From: Eledone cirrhosa
Lineage: Eukaryota
DNA length: 64,000 nucleotides
Direction: 5' to 3'
Assembly: GCA_964016885.1 (NCBI GenBank)
Contig: OZ024747.1
Span: forward strand, 22,382,001 to 22,446,000
The translations under genes and the position numbers were made by a program. The notes under the pieces are model-generated. The model did no database searches. It was not told where the DNA came from and saw only the letters and a program-made list of their open reading frames with translations. Shown here piece by piece: positions 40,020-51,720 of the stretch. Every line of letters begins with the position of its first letter. The stretch's first letter is position 1.

Positions 40020-40930
40020 GTCTGAGATGATAATGGCATACTTGCCCTCACTGACATTGAAAAGCAGGTAGTATTGAAGTGCCACTATGAAAGATTACTG
40101 AACAAAGAAAATACATGGGAAGATAGTTTGCCCCAAGTAAACCCAAGAGAGGGACCGGCTGTACAAGTCAACAGCAATGTAATGGGGAAATCAAGGATAT
40201 GAAGAGAGGCATAGTAGTTGGACCTTTAGAGATAGTTGCCGAGATGTTGAAAGCATCTGTGATGGTGAGTCCTGTTTTAACCACCTGTATTGTAAACCAA
40301 GTAATACAAAATCGTGCCATACCCAATGACTGGCATAGCAGCATCATTGGCAATTGCCACAAGGGCAAAGTAGATGCTCTAGACAGCAGAAACTATAGAG
40401 GCATCAAGTTGGTTGACCAGGACATGAAGGTCACAGAAAGTTATTGCACAGATGAAATGCTGTTTGGATTTGTGCCAGGTAAAAGTACCACGGATGCTCT
40501 CTTCCTTGTGAGGCAACTGGAGGAGAAGTACCTAGCTAAAAGTAAACTCCTCTACTTTGCTTTTGTTGACCCCTGTTCCATTATCTGGTGAGCCCTTAGA
40601 AAACTTGGAGTAGATGAGTGGCTTGTGAAGGCAGTACAAGTCATGTATACAGGAACAGTAAAGCATAAATGAACTGAGAGAGAAATTGGGCATAAAATGG
40701 ATCAGATGCAGTGTGCAGGAGAGGAGATTGCATTGGTATGGCCATGTGATGCATATGAAGGGTGACAGCTGTATAAAAAGGTGCAGGCTGATCAAAGTTG
40801 ATGAAAGCTATGGAGTAGGAAAACCTGAGATAAGGTGATAAAAGCTGACCTTGAACAATTGCACCTTTCAAAGAAGATGACACAGCACCAACACAGTAAT
40901 ACAGAAGACCCACCTTCCCATGCACGCAGA
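40020..40930 (+). mobile_element. RTE-clade LINE fragment (in the TIMM29 intron)
   Basis: IPNDW..KGKVDALDSRNYRGIKL..FGFVPGKSTTDALFLVRQLEEKYLAK..FAFVD, then a deleted 3' region. Confidence 0.8.
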
Positions 40931-42409
40931 TTGAAGCATATATCTAGTATGTACTACTTAACCCCTAGCCTCTCTACCCCTTCCATAACAATAATTGTAG
41001 TAAATAATCATAATTCTTTCTTTATCTGTTTATTTATTCATTATAACAATACAAAACAATAACAAATGTCAATTAAAAACGGTCCCCCAATAGGAGTGAG
41101 GGGCAACTGTACTTTAGGATAATTTTAGAACCTCACACAAAACCACGGCTTATTCTATTGCCTCAAGGGCATTGAAAGTGTATGAAGGAAAAAATCCAAG
41201 AGATTTTCTGAAGGCTACGACCACCAGGACACCTACCTATGACGTTAGAGACATAACTTTCTTTCCTGTGCTTCGAAAAACAGTCAGAGTAAGCTTTCAC
41301 ACATTTTTCATAAAACACACTAGAAGGCAACACCTCCCTTTCTAACCTCACCTTCTTCTCTAAGTCAGGGCTAGGCCTGAGAGAAAGATTCCTGTCTACT
41401 AAACAGCTTGTTTCGCCATAGCTACCAGGCAGAGGAAAACTTGGCGCACCTCCCTTCTAGAGGAAGGTGGCAGTTCATTTTTCACTATATACTCGACTGA
41501 TAGAACGGACCTGTCCAACACTTAGTTGCAGTTGCTCGACACAAACCCAACAAGTCTACAATGCACGGGGCACTAGGTGATAGCATGCATGGTGTTTCGT
41601 CACCCTGCGTGTTTCTCCGACATATCCGGCTGTTGGAACTTCCGTGACTGTAGCGCTTGTCTCGAACTGCTGTCGCTAGTAGTAGTAGTTTATTAACCAC
41701 AAATATTTACAGTAATTAGGCGAGCTAGAACAAGAAGAACAATATATTGGCGAAGCATCGGTGGTGATACAAACTCTTCAGCTAACATCCCACCACCTAA
41801 CCCACAAACCAGGTATAACTCGTGAAATTATCTAAGTGTTACCAAAATATTGAGGTATTTTCATTGAATACCTGGTAATTTAATCGAGCGATATTAACAT
41901 CATACTAAGCTTCAGGTTGAAAGGACGACGTGAGATTTTATAATGTTTATATATCTGTCAAGGGCATTAACGGTGTAAGTAAAATGAAATATTTAGAACA
42001 ACTGAAACCATATTACAGATTTGCTATAATGATTTTTTGAATATGTTTTATTCATAAACCCAAACGATGCAAAAATAAGCTTGTGTGGTGTTCATACTAG
42101 AAGCATTGGTTATGAAAATGAAATTCCATGTAGCTAACCACTGATTTTTATCCGGAAAAATATGAATAAAACGGTTGAGAAATTCTCAATAAAAAATTAA
42201 TCCGGGGTTTGTTTTGCTTGTTGTTTTTTAGGGGGTATGTAATTTATTATCAAATAAAAGAAAAGGTTTAGAAATTATCAAATCAATGTCTTCTTGACAT
42301 ATCAAATTAAAACTACTTGATAACTACTATAAAATTGCAATACAATTATCGAAATGGAGAAAACAAAGTACGGAAGATCATTTACGTTGTTATAATTTAT
42401 CTTTTATTA

Positions 42410-42790
42410 TTCGCCCCATCGCTCTCTGTGAAGCATAGACCATTGTCGACCCTCCGCCATCTCATACGATCCTGGGCTACTCTCTCCACTCCATTCCAGT
42501 TAGCTTCCAGTTTTCTTAATTCAGTGTCACGTGCCTCCAGCTGCTGCGGGGCCGGCCTCTCTACCTCTTACCCAACAGGTTCCTGGTCGGGGCTTGGCGT
42601 GTGGTGTTAGATGCTGGTTTCCTGGGAGTATGTCCAATCCAGCTCTACTTCCTCTACTACATAATCTGCTTTGTCACAGGTTCCTGTCCCGCTCGCTCCC
42701 ACAGATCTTCGTTTCCTCATCTTCTCCGGCCATCTGATGTAATGTGCCTGACTCTGACTGATGTGTTGATAGTGGTGTTGATATTCATCA
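42410..42790 (-). mobile_element. LINE (RTE-like) 3' fragment
   Basis: Minus frames give W.WIGHT.RK, WNL.GKR.RGRP and AQDR.RWRRVDNGLC-like C-terminal motifs, with a (TAA)-like tail. Confidence 0.6.
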
Positions 42791-43359
42791 GCTCGGTTTT
42801 TTTTCTTGTTTATCTTGAGCCCTGTCCCGGTTAACTTGGTCTCCAAGCGAGAGGTTTTGTCCCATAGGCAAAATGTTGAATTCTAATAACGACCTGCTAA
42901 AAATAGCAGTCATATTTCCATCAAATCACAGCCTACTGTCTTAGAAAAAGATACATTGGATAATATGATCCAAGATGTATGTAGTGTTTAGGGCAAGGGG
43001 CAGGATGATCAAGATTGGAACACTTTTGATAATAGATCTGTTCAGGACAATTTATTAAATTTGGAAACCTTTAAATCTATACGTAGGGGAGAACTTCCAT
43101 TTTATAGAGCATTAGATAATGAACAGTGTGAATGAAGACGGGAGACCTAAGGTTTTAAAATATAGTAAAACAGCTGATTCGGTAGATTCAAAACAAGAAA
43201 AAGGGAAATACAATTGAATAACATCCAAATGACTTTCAAATTATAATGCTAACGTTCTTCCATAGATATTTTAGTCACCCATAAGTGTAACAGAAACAAA
43301 TAAATGCTTTAACGAAAATGGAAGGCTTATAACGATGTATCTAGAAAGCTTACACTTAC

Positions 43360-43468
43360 CTGTCCTTTCTATCCGTCCACCTTTTAATTTTTCGGGAAAA
43401 GTAACTCTGTACCGTGTTAATTTTTGTGATAAATCCTTCACCGAAGAAAGCATGTGTTTGGCACCCAT
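43360..43468 (-). CDS. TIMM29: Tim29 exon 1 (start codon either 43468 or 43453)
   Basis: Reads MGAKHMLSSVKDLSQKLTRYRVTFPEKLKGGRIERT then G|gtaagt (phase 1), completing GGA with exon 2. Joined CDS is 621 nt (206 aa). Confidence 0.82.
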
Positions 43469-43854
43469 GATTACATGTGTATATGAGAGTTAGTCTTGTA
43501 CGCATGTATACATTTCTCTTGTATGTATACACACACACGAGAGTGAAAAAGTAGACAGAGTTACCTGCGCTTTGTTACATTATATCGAAGGAAATATGTA
43601 CAGTATATGGATTTTGTTATATTTATCCCTATAGTTAATTTAGCTGGCAATCAATATTTATCATTGACTGATCAACAGTTAAAAATATGTATATGGATAC
43701 GCGCACGTGTATCTGTACGTGTTGCGTAGTGTTAATGGTTTCTAACATAGACACAAAGGCAGTAATTTGAAGGGAAGGAGAAAGTCGATAAATCAACCCC
43801 GATTCTGCACTGGTACTTTATTTTATCGCCCCCTGAAGAATGGAAAATGAAGTT

Positions 43855-44235
43855 TGCCGTTGGAGAAAATGTCGGTCCATGTGGCATCCCAGACGAGAGG
43901 TTTACCACCGCAGAACGGGAAGATGGTCATGCCGTCTGGTCTTTTGCCGTCTCCTCAATTCAACCCGGCCGGCTCTAGCTGGGAGGGGAAAGCCTGCAAC
44001 ATCCAAGCCATGCTTTATGATCTCGTTGAGAGCAGCATAGCGTGGACGGCGGCCGGCACTGTAGTAACGGGACAGCAGGTGGAGGCCAAAAGAGTCTACG
44101 ATGGATCCGCAGCGACATTTGTGTGGCTCGCAGATCTGGAGGTCGAGCCTCAGGGAAACCCCGATTCGCAGGCTACCGTTATCCAGTTGCGTGCTAGTCG
44201 AAAGGAGGATAAGGCATTAAGCCAGGTACCGCTGG
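43855..44235 (-). mobile_element. Second CRE-clade fragment (endonuclease region)
   Basis: Minus strand reads GDGKRPDGMTIFPFCGGKPLVWDATWTD. Confidence 0.75.
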
Positions 44236-44429
44236 GCTTTTTAGTTTTAGAATGGTTAGAATTTTTTTAATTTAATACCTGTATGTATAACTTTTCAATT
44301 CCAATTACTTGCGCCAAGCTAACTTCGCTATATAAAATTAGGGGTTTTCTGTGTATTCTAATTTTTATTTATGGAATATATCATGTAAATACGGTTTGAT
44401 AGAAAATTTAGATTGACAAGAAAGAATCG

Positions 44430-46110
44430 AATGTAAAATAGGAAAAGAAAATGTAAAGGAAGGGGTGAATAACCGAGCCAACACCAGAGCAAAAGACAGC
44501 AACGTCGCGAGGAGTACTGGGCAACCTCTCTAATGATTTTTTAGGCAAGCCAGCACACTCGCAGAGTTGCCTCGGGTGATGGCGAGGCTAATGTCCTGGA
44601 ACAGCCAAGCGCCCTCGCGAGATTTGCCAGTTACCTCTATTAGGCGAGTCGCCAGTTAAGAAAGGAACCTCGCAGTCAGCGGCCCGACTCCCCCAAACAT
44701 CTCGAAAGCCACAGGCTGAAAAATGTAGCTGGCCGACAGAACAGAGTATTTGAGGGTCTTACTCTGCTCGGCTGCGGAAGCTGTGACTCTCGTCCTAACC
44801 GCAGCATCCAAGATGTGGGAAAGAGCAAAAGAGTCGCTAACAGTGACGTCCCAGACAAGGCACCTGCCTCTCGACCAGGGGCACAGGGTAAGGCCGTCAG
44901 GTCATTTGCCGTCACTTCTGGACAACCCAGATGGTTCCAAGACTGAGGGGATATTCGCCCGGGCCAAAGCTCTCTTGAGAATGAGGTTTAGCTCCGTGTG
45001 ACGCGCGAAGCGGCTGGCATTCAGGTGGCAAGAAAGACTGTGGAGTCGAGGGGTTTGACGCATCGGCACCTCAAACCCATGCAGACGTCAGCTCCCACTC
45101 TGAGGGCGATGGAGACACGAAGTTCGTCGAGGCTGAGTAGGCCACCAATGTTGGCCACGGGTAGGGTATCAACCCAGTCGCCTGAGTATTTGGTGCTGGC
45201 AGATAGTAAGCGGCACCTTGCAAACTGATCTGACTGGACGAAGAGGGAGTCGAAGGTGGCCTTCGAACTTATGCTGTCCCAAGTTCTCTGACTTCGACTG
45301 CCCTCCACCTTCTCAGGAAGAGACAAGCCCAACTCACTCCATTGCTGGAGAGCTTCACCCAACTCCCTGTTGGAACTAGTCCATGTTGGAGAGGAGAGGA
45401 TGCTGTTCACCAGGGTGGAGGAAAGGAAGCAGGGGAGAGAGAGGGACGAACACTTACGAAGACCAAGACCCCCAAATCACTTGGGCAACGCAGCCTAATC
45501 GCGGGACTCTGGAGAGAGTCTAACATTGACCAGGCACTCGAGTCTCTCGAAGATTAGGTAGTCGAAGCGTTGGCGGCAGGACGGAAATATGTGAGAGGGG
45601 CTGACCCTGAGCAGATACAGAAGCTTAGGAACAGACAGGTAGTTCCTGAGTATGAAGAAACATTTATGTGGTTCGATAACTTCGATATTCTTCAGCAGCT
45701 GCTCAAGGCCAACCATCTTCGATTGGAAGATTGACTCGAAGACAAGGTCTGTGACTGGGGCTCCTAAGGAGCACCAAGCAGACAGGGGAGGGACCGCGAT
45801 GGAACGGAAGGCCTCTGCAAACAGGACGATTAGCTGTTGGTGTTGAGAAGCCGGGTTGTTGAGGATCCAGAGCTCACATTTGGGGCTATTGACCTGGAGA
45901 CCCCGGCGGCCAAGCTCCTCAACCATCTTGTTGGCAGTGGCGAGAACCATATCCGGAGTTCCCCCCAAACAGGCGTCGTCGAGGTACCAGACATTGAGGT
46001 CAAATTCAACCCCCATCTTGGTGACGTCATCAATGCCCAGTGCAAACAGAGCGGGCCCAAGTGGATCACCCTGTTAGACTCCTGGTGCTGAGATGATGAT
46101 TTTTTTGCCC
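44430..46110 (-). mobile_element. CRE-clade (restriction-like endonuclease) non-LTR retrotransposon, 5'-truncated and disrupted
   Basis: RT motifs QGDPLGP and WYLDD, KCELW, PKLLYLLR; SGDW..LP, IALRVG, Cys knuckle; PDGLT..LVWDVT and PVAFEMFGGVGP..LFQDISLAITRGN. Contains stops and frameshifts. Confidence 0.85.
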
Positions 46111-46649
46111 CGGGCACCCTAAGGTCTAAATCCAACCCTGCTTCCAGTCGCACCCTTATCAGTGAAGTCCTCCGCAAGACGGTAGAAGATGGCGTGGTCC
46201 AGGACCTCGTGTTTGCTCTGGCCGATTGAACAGACGGAGGCTTCGCCGACCCCTAACATACAGATGTCCAACATAACTGGAACGACATCAAGCGCATGTT
46301 AACCTTTACGCGGATCGAGTCTAACTTGGATTAACACTACTTTGCAACCAAACAGCAACCTGTGAGTCAATTTTGTACCCTCTTCATTAACTAGTACCCT
46401 TCTTGATGATGAGTGGCCCAGCGCCTCGACCTCCGCGTGTGTGATCCACACAAATAGCGTTGTGGACCTGTTGTTGATGAGTTCGATCTACACCCGCCGT
46501 CATGCTGCCATTTTGCAGGCCGGCTCCCCCGACACGCCCCTCTGAATGACATAAACAGGAGCCTCGACGACTGTGATGGTGGTAAGTGCCCTGGTGGAAT
46601 AATTCTCTTCCCATTTGAGGGAGGTAAACCCCTAATCTGTGACGCGATC

Positions 46650-47000
46650 TATCGCAACTCATTCTCTGTCGCAAACCCGGACACCGCCGCCCACAATGCT
46701 ATAAGAGGAAGATAACTATATACCAGGGTTTGACCAGTCGCCGTCGAGACCTCAGGTGTCCTCGGTTCCCGCACTGCTGATTTCTTCCGTAAAATCAGAA
46801 AGACAGTAGTCCGCCTGAGGAAAGAGCGCCGTAAGGTGGGATGACTGTTGCAGCGGGTGTCGTTGGCCATTCTCCGCGACAATACCTTTGCTATTTTCTC
46901 TGTGGGGCGCAGCTGAAACACAACTCAAACGAGGATGTAGAGTCTGTTACTCCCTCAGCTTCTCGTTGCTCAATTCTTTTTCTTCTCTTCCTTGTTGCCA
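46650..47000 (+). mobile_element. CRE-clade 3' end fragment
   Basis: PVAVETSGVLGSRTADFFRKI..LLQRVSLAILRDNTFAIFSVGRS*, stop at 46914-46916, then a pyrimidine-rich 3' UTR. Confidence 0.78.
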
Positions 47001-47173
47001 TTTAGTTTAATCAAAATTTAACTTTAAAAATTGATACATTTGATTTAGTTAAAGCTCGGCTACCAACTGTATGAAATTCCTGCTTATCTCATGAGCAGTA
47101 TAAATTCATCAAACCGAAGTTGCTGAACCCAATTGAAAATACTCAGATAGTTTTACTACAAAAAATTATGAGC

Positions 47174-47245
47174 CTCCCCGGCGGGGAATCGAACCCCGGT
47201 CTCCCGCGTGACAGGCGGGGATACTTACCACTATACTACCGAGGA
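47174..47245 (-). tRNA. tRNA-Asp(GTC)
   Basis: Reverse complement of TCCTCGGTAGTATAGTGGTAAGTATCCCCGCCTGTCACGCGGGAGACCGGGGTTCGATTCCCCGCCGGGGAG, followed by an oligo-T Pol III terminator. Confidence 0.97.
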
Positions 47246-47625
47246 TTGGCTGATGCCCAACTTTCATTTATAAAACTAATTCTAATGTAAATTTTCCATT
47301 TATTGCAGTTTGGAAAAGCAATTCATTTTTTATTCAATAATATCTTCCTCGTATACATCACATAATCTCATTTCCTTCTCTCTATACCTATGTAAATTAG
47401 GCATTACTTTTATCTTATTTCCCATAACATAAGTCGGTAAGGTTGCGATGTCATTTATTTATGAAAACAAATTCTGCAAAAGCGTTGTAATTTACTTTTT
47501 TTTCGTGTATCAAACATGATTTTCTCAGTTTATTTATATTTGCCGTTGTGAATTTATAACCCATAACATCTAATAGAAAAACACACGAATATACTTTATA
47601 TTTGAATGTTTATATATTTAGAAAA

Positions 47626-47836
47626 GGCACTACAAAGCTATTAGCTGTCAGTCGAAGCAGCCGATGAAAGCAAAACATCGTTTATTTCCGTATTACTACC
47701 ACGCGTAAGTGGAGTTACTTAAATGAAATTTTTTCTTTTTTCACGCGTTTTTTTGTTTTTTTTTATTAAAGCATATAGATGTAAGTGGAGTTACTTAAAT
47801 GAAAATATAGGTGGCCCTTAAAAGGGCAAAATTAGA
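47626..47836. mobile_element. Partial inverted copy of the 59176-59560 MITE
   Basis: Reverse-complement match to 59305-59560 (TIR, tattactaccacgcgtaagtggag, gtaagtggagttacttaaatgaaaatataggtggccctt). Confidence 0.75.
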
Positions 47837-47901
47837 ATATACCGCTGCGTTTTTACAGTTTTACTAGTTACACATACACACACACACATATATATATACA
47901 C

Positions 47902-47982
47902 ACACGGTGTCCCCTCCAAAATATATACACACTTTGATTACTTTGCTGTTGAAGTGTGTATACATTTTTTGGGACACTGTGT
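47902..47982. mobile_element. Tiny hairpin element (Tc1/mariner-like MITE)
   Basis: acacggtgtccc...tatacacactt / aagtgtgtata...gggacactgtgt inverted arms inside a CA/TA microsatellite. Confidence 0.5.
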
Positions 47983-48339
47983 TTGTGTATATATATATTG
48001 GGGGAAGGGAGAAATTTTTGGATGCTATACCTGACATAATAAAAAACCAAAATACACACCTAACATTTGTCGGAATATCAATCACGAGAGTAGATCAATA
48101 AATATATAAATACATAAATAAGAAATGATAGAAAAGGAAAAGAAAATCCCTACATTATGTAATATTTCCAGTCACCCCTAAATTTTCCCCAAATTTCAAA
48201 ACCGGGAGGGAAAAGTCCGATCGTTAAAATCCCAAATGATGGTACCTCAGATACTAGCATTACAGTTTAAAGCTATACATATGATCGCTTTGATGACTCT
48301 TATTCGTTTCTAAGGGTCTCGTTTGTTTCTCTTCTTTCT

Positions 48340-48373
<34 letters not shown>

Positions 48374-48466
48374 AAAATCTTTCCCTCTCTGTCTATCTTT
48401 TGCCATAAAAACGATAATGATAATCAATTCAATTAAGAAATATATATGCAAAAGTTTTATTTAAGA

Positions 48467-49527
48467 CTAGCAGTAAAGCCCGGCGTTGCTCGGGGTCGCT
48501 CAGTAGCTGTGTTAAAGTTACAATGTTAAGTTTCTTTTTTGGCTTAAAAACTGTAGTGTCTACTGTGCAGACTTGCATGTGGTGTTTTTGATTAATATTC
48601 CCTCAACCAACAATATGCCTTATGAAGTTAAGAAAACATAACGATAACCCGAATGTTATAACAAAAGAGGATGCTGGGGATAAAAACTGCACTGGTTATT
48701 TATTAACAAAGATCGAAAATGTAAACACTGCAACGCAGAGAAAAACATTAGCGTAACCAAATTATCAGTTATGTCTGTCTGCACGCCTATATCACCTCTC
48801 TGCACGACTATCTGTCTGCACGCCTATGTCACCTCTCTGCACGACTATCTGTCTGCACGCGTATATCACCTCTCTGCACGACTATCTGTCTGCACGCGTA
48901 TATCACCTCTCTGCACGACTGTCTGTCTGCACGACTGTCTGTCTGCACGCCTAACGAAATTTACAGATACATATATTTTAAATAAACTTATATAATTTTT
49001 GCTTTTTTTTTACGAAATATTTGCTTGTTTTACGTAGTCTTTAAATAGACTTGTTTTCAAGTAAAAATATTGTTTTAAAAGGCTTTTAAATGGAAATGAA
49101 GCAAAACGGAAGCTTAGTGTTCGAACTGATGAATTTTGCAGGTCAAAATTTTGCTGGCTCGACAACTGTTCGTGTATTGTGTTAATGTCATTTTAAACGC
49201 TGAGAAAGCCAGCGTAATTTTTTTAATTTTTGCCAGCGTAATGTTTTTAATTTTTGCACGCAGAAAATGTAAACAGAACGTAAGACGCTACGCTGAATGT
49301 AAACAGAACAAAGGGAAATAACTGATCACTTACGCTCAAAAATCGATACATTATATTCGATTTCGTCAGATAGGGTGGGTCAATTTGAAATATTTGTTTC
49401 CGATGTCTTCGCTAGGGCTCAATGTACAAGTATAGCAATTTCGGTGCAATTCCGTGAGAGATTCTAAGAGGAGATGTGTGCCAAAAATCGATAGACAGAC
49501 AGACAACCTTAGTTTTATATATATAGA
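48467..49527 (-). mobile_element. Non-autonomous Helitron-like element
   Basis: On minus: A|TCTATATATATAAAA start, (GTCT)n near the 5' end, 3' GC hairpin cccgagcaacgccggg and CTAG|T end. Internal tandem repeat (tctgcacg units) at 48770-48950. Confidence 0.75.
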
Positions 49528-49770
49528 TTGTTGGGTTACAACGAGTAAATATTTTATAACTGATATAAAAGCACTCAACAGTTTCTGGAGTAGGTTTACG
49601 ATATTAAACAAATGGAAACTATATTTATAAAACCATATTTATTTCGTTATATATATTTCTGGGATATCATATTAAAAATATGGTATGCCTTCCTCAGACA
49701 AAATACAATACATAAGCTGTTTTATAAATAATTAGTGACATACCTTGTAATAATGCAACTTCCATTTAAA
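49528..49770 (-). mobile_element. Penelope-like pLTR, non-palindromic copy of the 21.4-kb family
   Basis: Collinear homology to 21377-21610 starting at ttgttgggttacaac; contains a hammerhead. May extend further right. Confidence 0.7.
49640..49705 (-). ncRNA. Minimal type I hammerhead ribozyme, same family as the 21.5-kb copies, core intact
   Basis: Reverse complement reads tattttgt-CTGAGGA-aggcataccatatttttaatatgatatccca-GAAA-tatata-TA-acgaaata. Stem I pairs over 8 bp. Confidence 0.72.
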
Positions 49771-50609
49771 AAACTTCCATTTATGAAACTTGGCGATAAT
49801 TCTTTCGATTCCTTCAATTTTTTTTAAAACCTTTCTGCATGAATATATAATTAATGAGATTAAATAAACTACCCTAAAATTGGCGTTGTTCCCAATCTTT
49901 TGGAATAAATTTTTAAGCTCGATAAACTTCTATAATAAATATAAGAGCATTTGTAGAATAAGTTTGAGTGATTTCTGCTAAATAGGGCTTGGTGAACAAT
50001 TTTGGTTTGTTTGCTTTTGATTCTGATTCTATGTGACCGATATGCGTGGCATACTATGTTCTCTTGCGTCCCTAGATACTCTGTGGAGTGACGAAGATAT
50101 TCTTGGCGTTTTTAATTTTAATATTGATATCTGTTGTCTACTCTATGCTTGATCGATGATCATGCAAGTGAGGCTGAAATGTTATTTTAGATGTTAATGT
50201 ATATCTTATATATTTTATGTCTTTATATATGTATATATGTATGTAAATGTATGTAGGGTGGAATCTTTTGTAACGCATTGAAGTTTTTCATGAAATATAA
50301 GAATCGGTGCAGCGTATCACGTAGGTTCACATGTGCGTCTATATTTATTAACTTGAATTTGAGATAACCTTCTCTTTTCTCTTTTTTTTCACGAGAATGC
50401 ATATATACTTATGTTTGAAGTTTTATCTCAGATTTTGCTTATAGACCTAAGAATTTTTAAACTGAGCATGTGGTCATTTTTTCACACATTATGGATATGT
50501 GTCTCATTCATGAATACTGATATTTACATTATAAATTGATAATTCAAATGGATGAGACATAATATATTTTTAATATATTTTAAATATATCATCTTTCTTT
50601 CTTTTTCTA

Positions 50610-51138
50610 TAGAACAATAACAACAATTACATTCAATTAGAACAATAACAACAATTACAACAATGCTATTAATAAATTATTTGAGGAGACTCTGACATTA
50701 CTTAGGTGGGGGGTATAATGTATCTAACGTTACGGCGTGTAAAACTAACTGTCATGAGGCAAAACTCTTACTTTTGCCTCATGACAGCTAGTTTTACACG
50801 CCGTAACGTTAGATACATTATACCCCCCCCCCCCACCTAAGTAATGTCAGGGTCTCCTCAAATAATTTATTAATAGCATTGTTGTAATTGTTGTTATTGT
50901 TCTAATTGAATGCCATTACTACTTCATATAGTAGCCTGTATATTCTTTTCTTGCCTGTGTATTTTCTTCATTCTCGCATGCTCCGAAGATCTGACTGGTT
51001 ATAATTTTGTATTGGCGATCGAGTAACGCGAAAATAAGCGAATAGCGATCTCTAGACCTACCAGTTCAGAGAAACAATTGTCAGCTATGAGATTAAAAAC
51101 CTTTTTTGTATAGCAAACCATGTCAACCTTCTTTCCTG

Positions 51139-51140
<2 letters not shown>
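50610..51140 (+). mobile_element. Penelope-like pLTR with inverted duplication (palindrome 50630-50912) and downstream hammerhead
   Basis: About 135-bp arms, 7-nt spacer, hammerhead motif at 50972-51092, ends at pure (TA)n near 51141. Confidence 0.7.
50972..51092 (+). ncRNA. Hammerhead ribozyme motif with extended stem II and CCGAAGA core variant
   Basis: tctcgcatgct-CCGAAGA-tctgactggt...accagttcaga-GAAA-caattg-TC-agctatgaga. GUC cleavage triplet, palindromic stem III. Confidence 0.65.
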
Positions 51141-51208
<68 letters not shown>

Positions 51209-51649
51209 GCAAACATCACGGGTGCTCTATCTCAAAATTACTTTTGAAAAGCATTAGAAATGCGCAACCGGTAAAACTTAAAACCAAAACTGAATACTAA
51301 CCAATACTATTACTAATTTTTACTTATTCCTAATTAAACTATTTTTCACTGGGAACAATTTGTCAGCATTTTCTTTTCCTTTTACCAATATATGTATATA
51401 TATATATTATTAGTATTATTATTAAAATTAAATACCATTTATTCTGCGGCAGATAGCTTCATCTTCTCCATCATTCGATCCTTCAGAATCGTAGTACTCG
51501 TCGTTATTGTATGTGTGTGTTTCTGCGTGTGTATATATATATATATGTGGTGTGTATGTGTTTGTGTGTATATGTATATATGTTTGCGATCGCCACCCTC
51601 GCCCTTCGTGAGGAGAATGCTGTGTACGTATTCACATATTTAGAGGTAA

Positions 51650-51720
51650 TATCACGTGAACACAATCACGTGACAAATCACATTATTCTTTCAAAAGGAA
51701 AAGTTTGGCGCCAAAATTCT
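51650..51720. promoter_or_regulatory. Candidate Pol II promoter: two TCACGTGA E-boxes and a palindromic E2F site
   Basis: TCACGTGA 51652-51659, TCACGTGAC 51666-51674 and TTTGGCGCCAAA 51704-51715 in a CpG-richer unique patch. Confidence 0.45.

Noticed and set aside
41050-41800. GC-richer segment, possibly an L1/Tx1-like remnant
   Set aside because: Too short and degenerate to classify by eye.
43565-43628. Minus-strand ag...gtaact bounded 64-nt segment upstream of TIMM29
   Set aside because: No suitable acceptor between it and the TIMM29 ATG; unsupported.
48770-48950. Repeat array as CRISPR-like
   Set aside because: Eukaryotic context and no unique spacers; internal minisatellite of a Helitron-like element.
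49770-50600. Possible Penelope GIY-YIG/RT coding remnant
   Set aside because: Manual translation of part of the region showed no recognisable motif; needs an HMM search.
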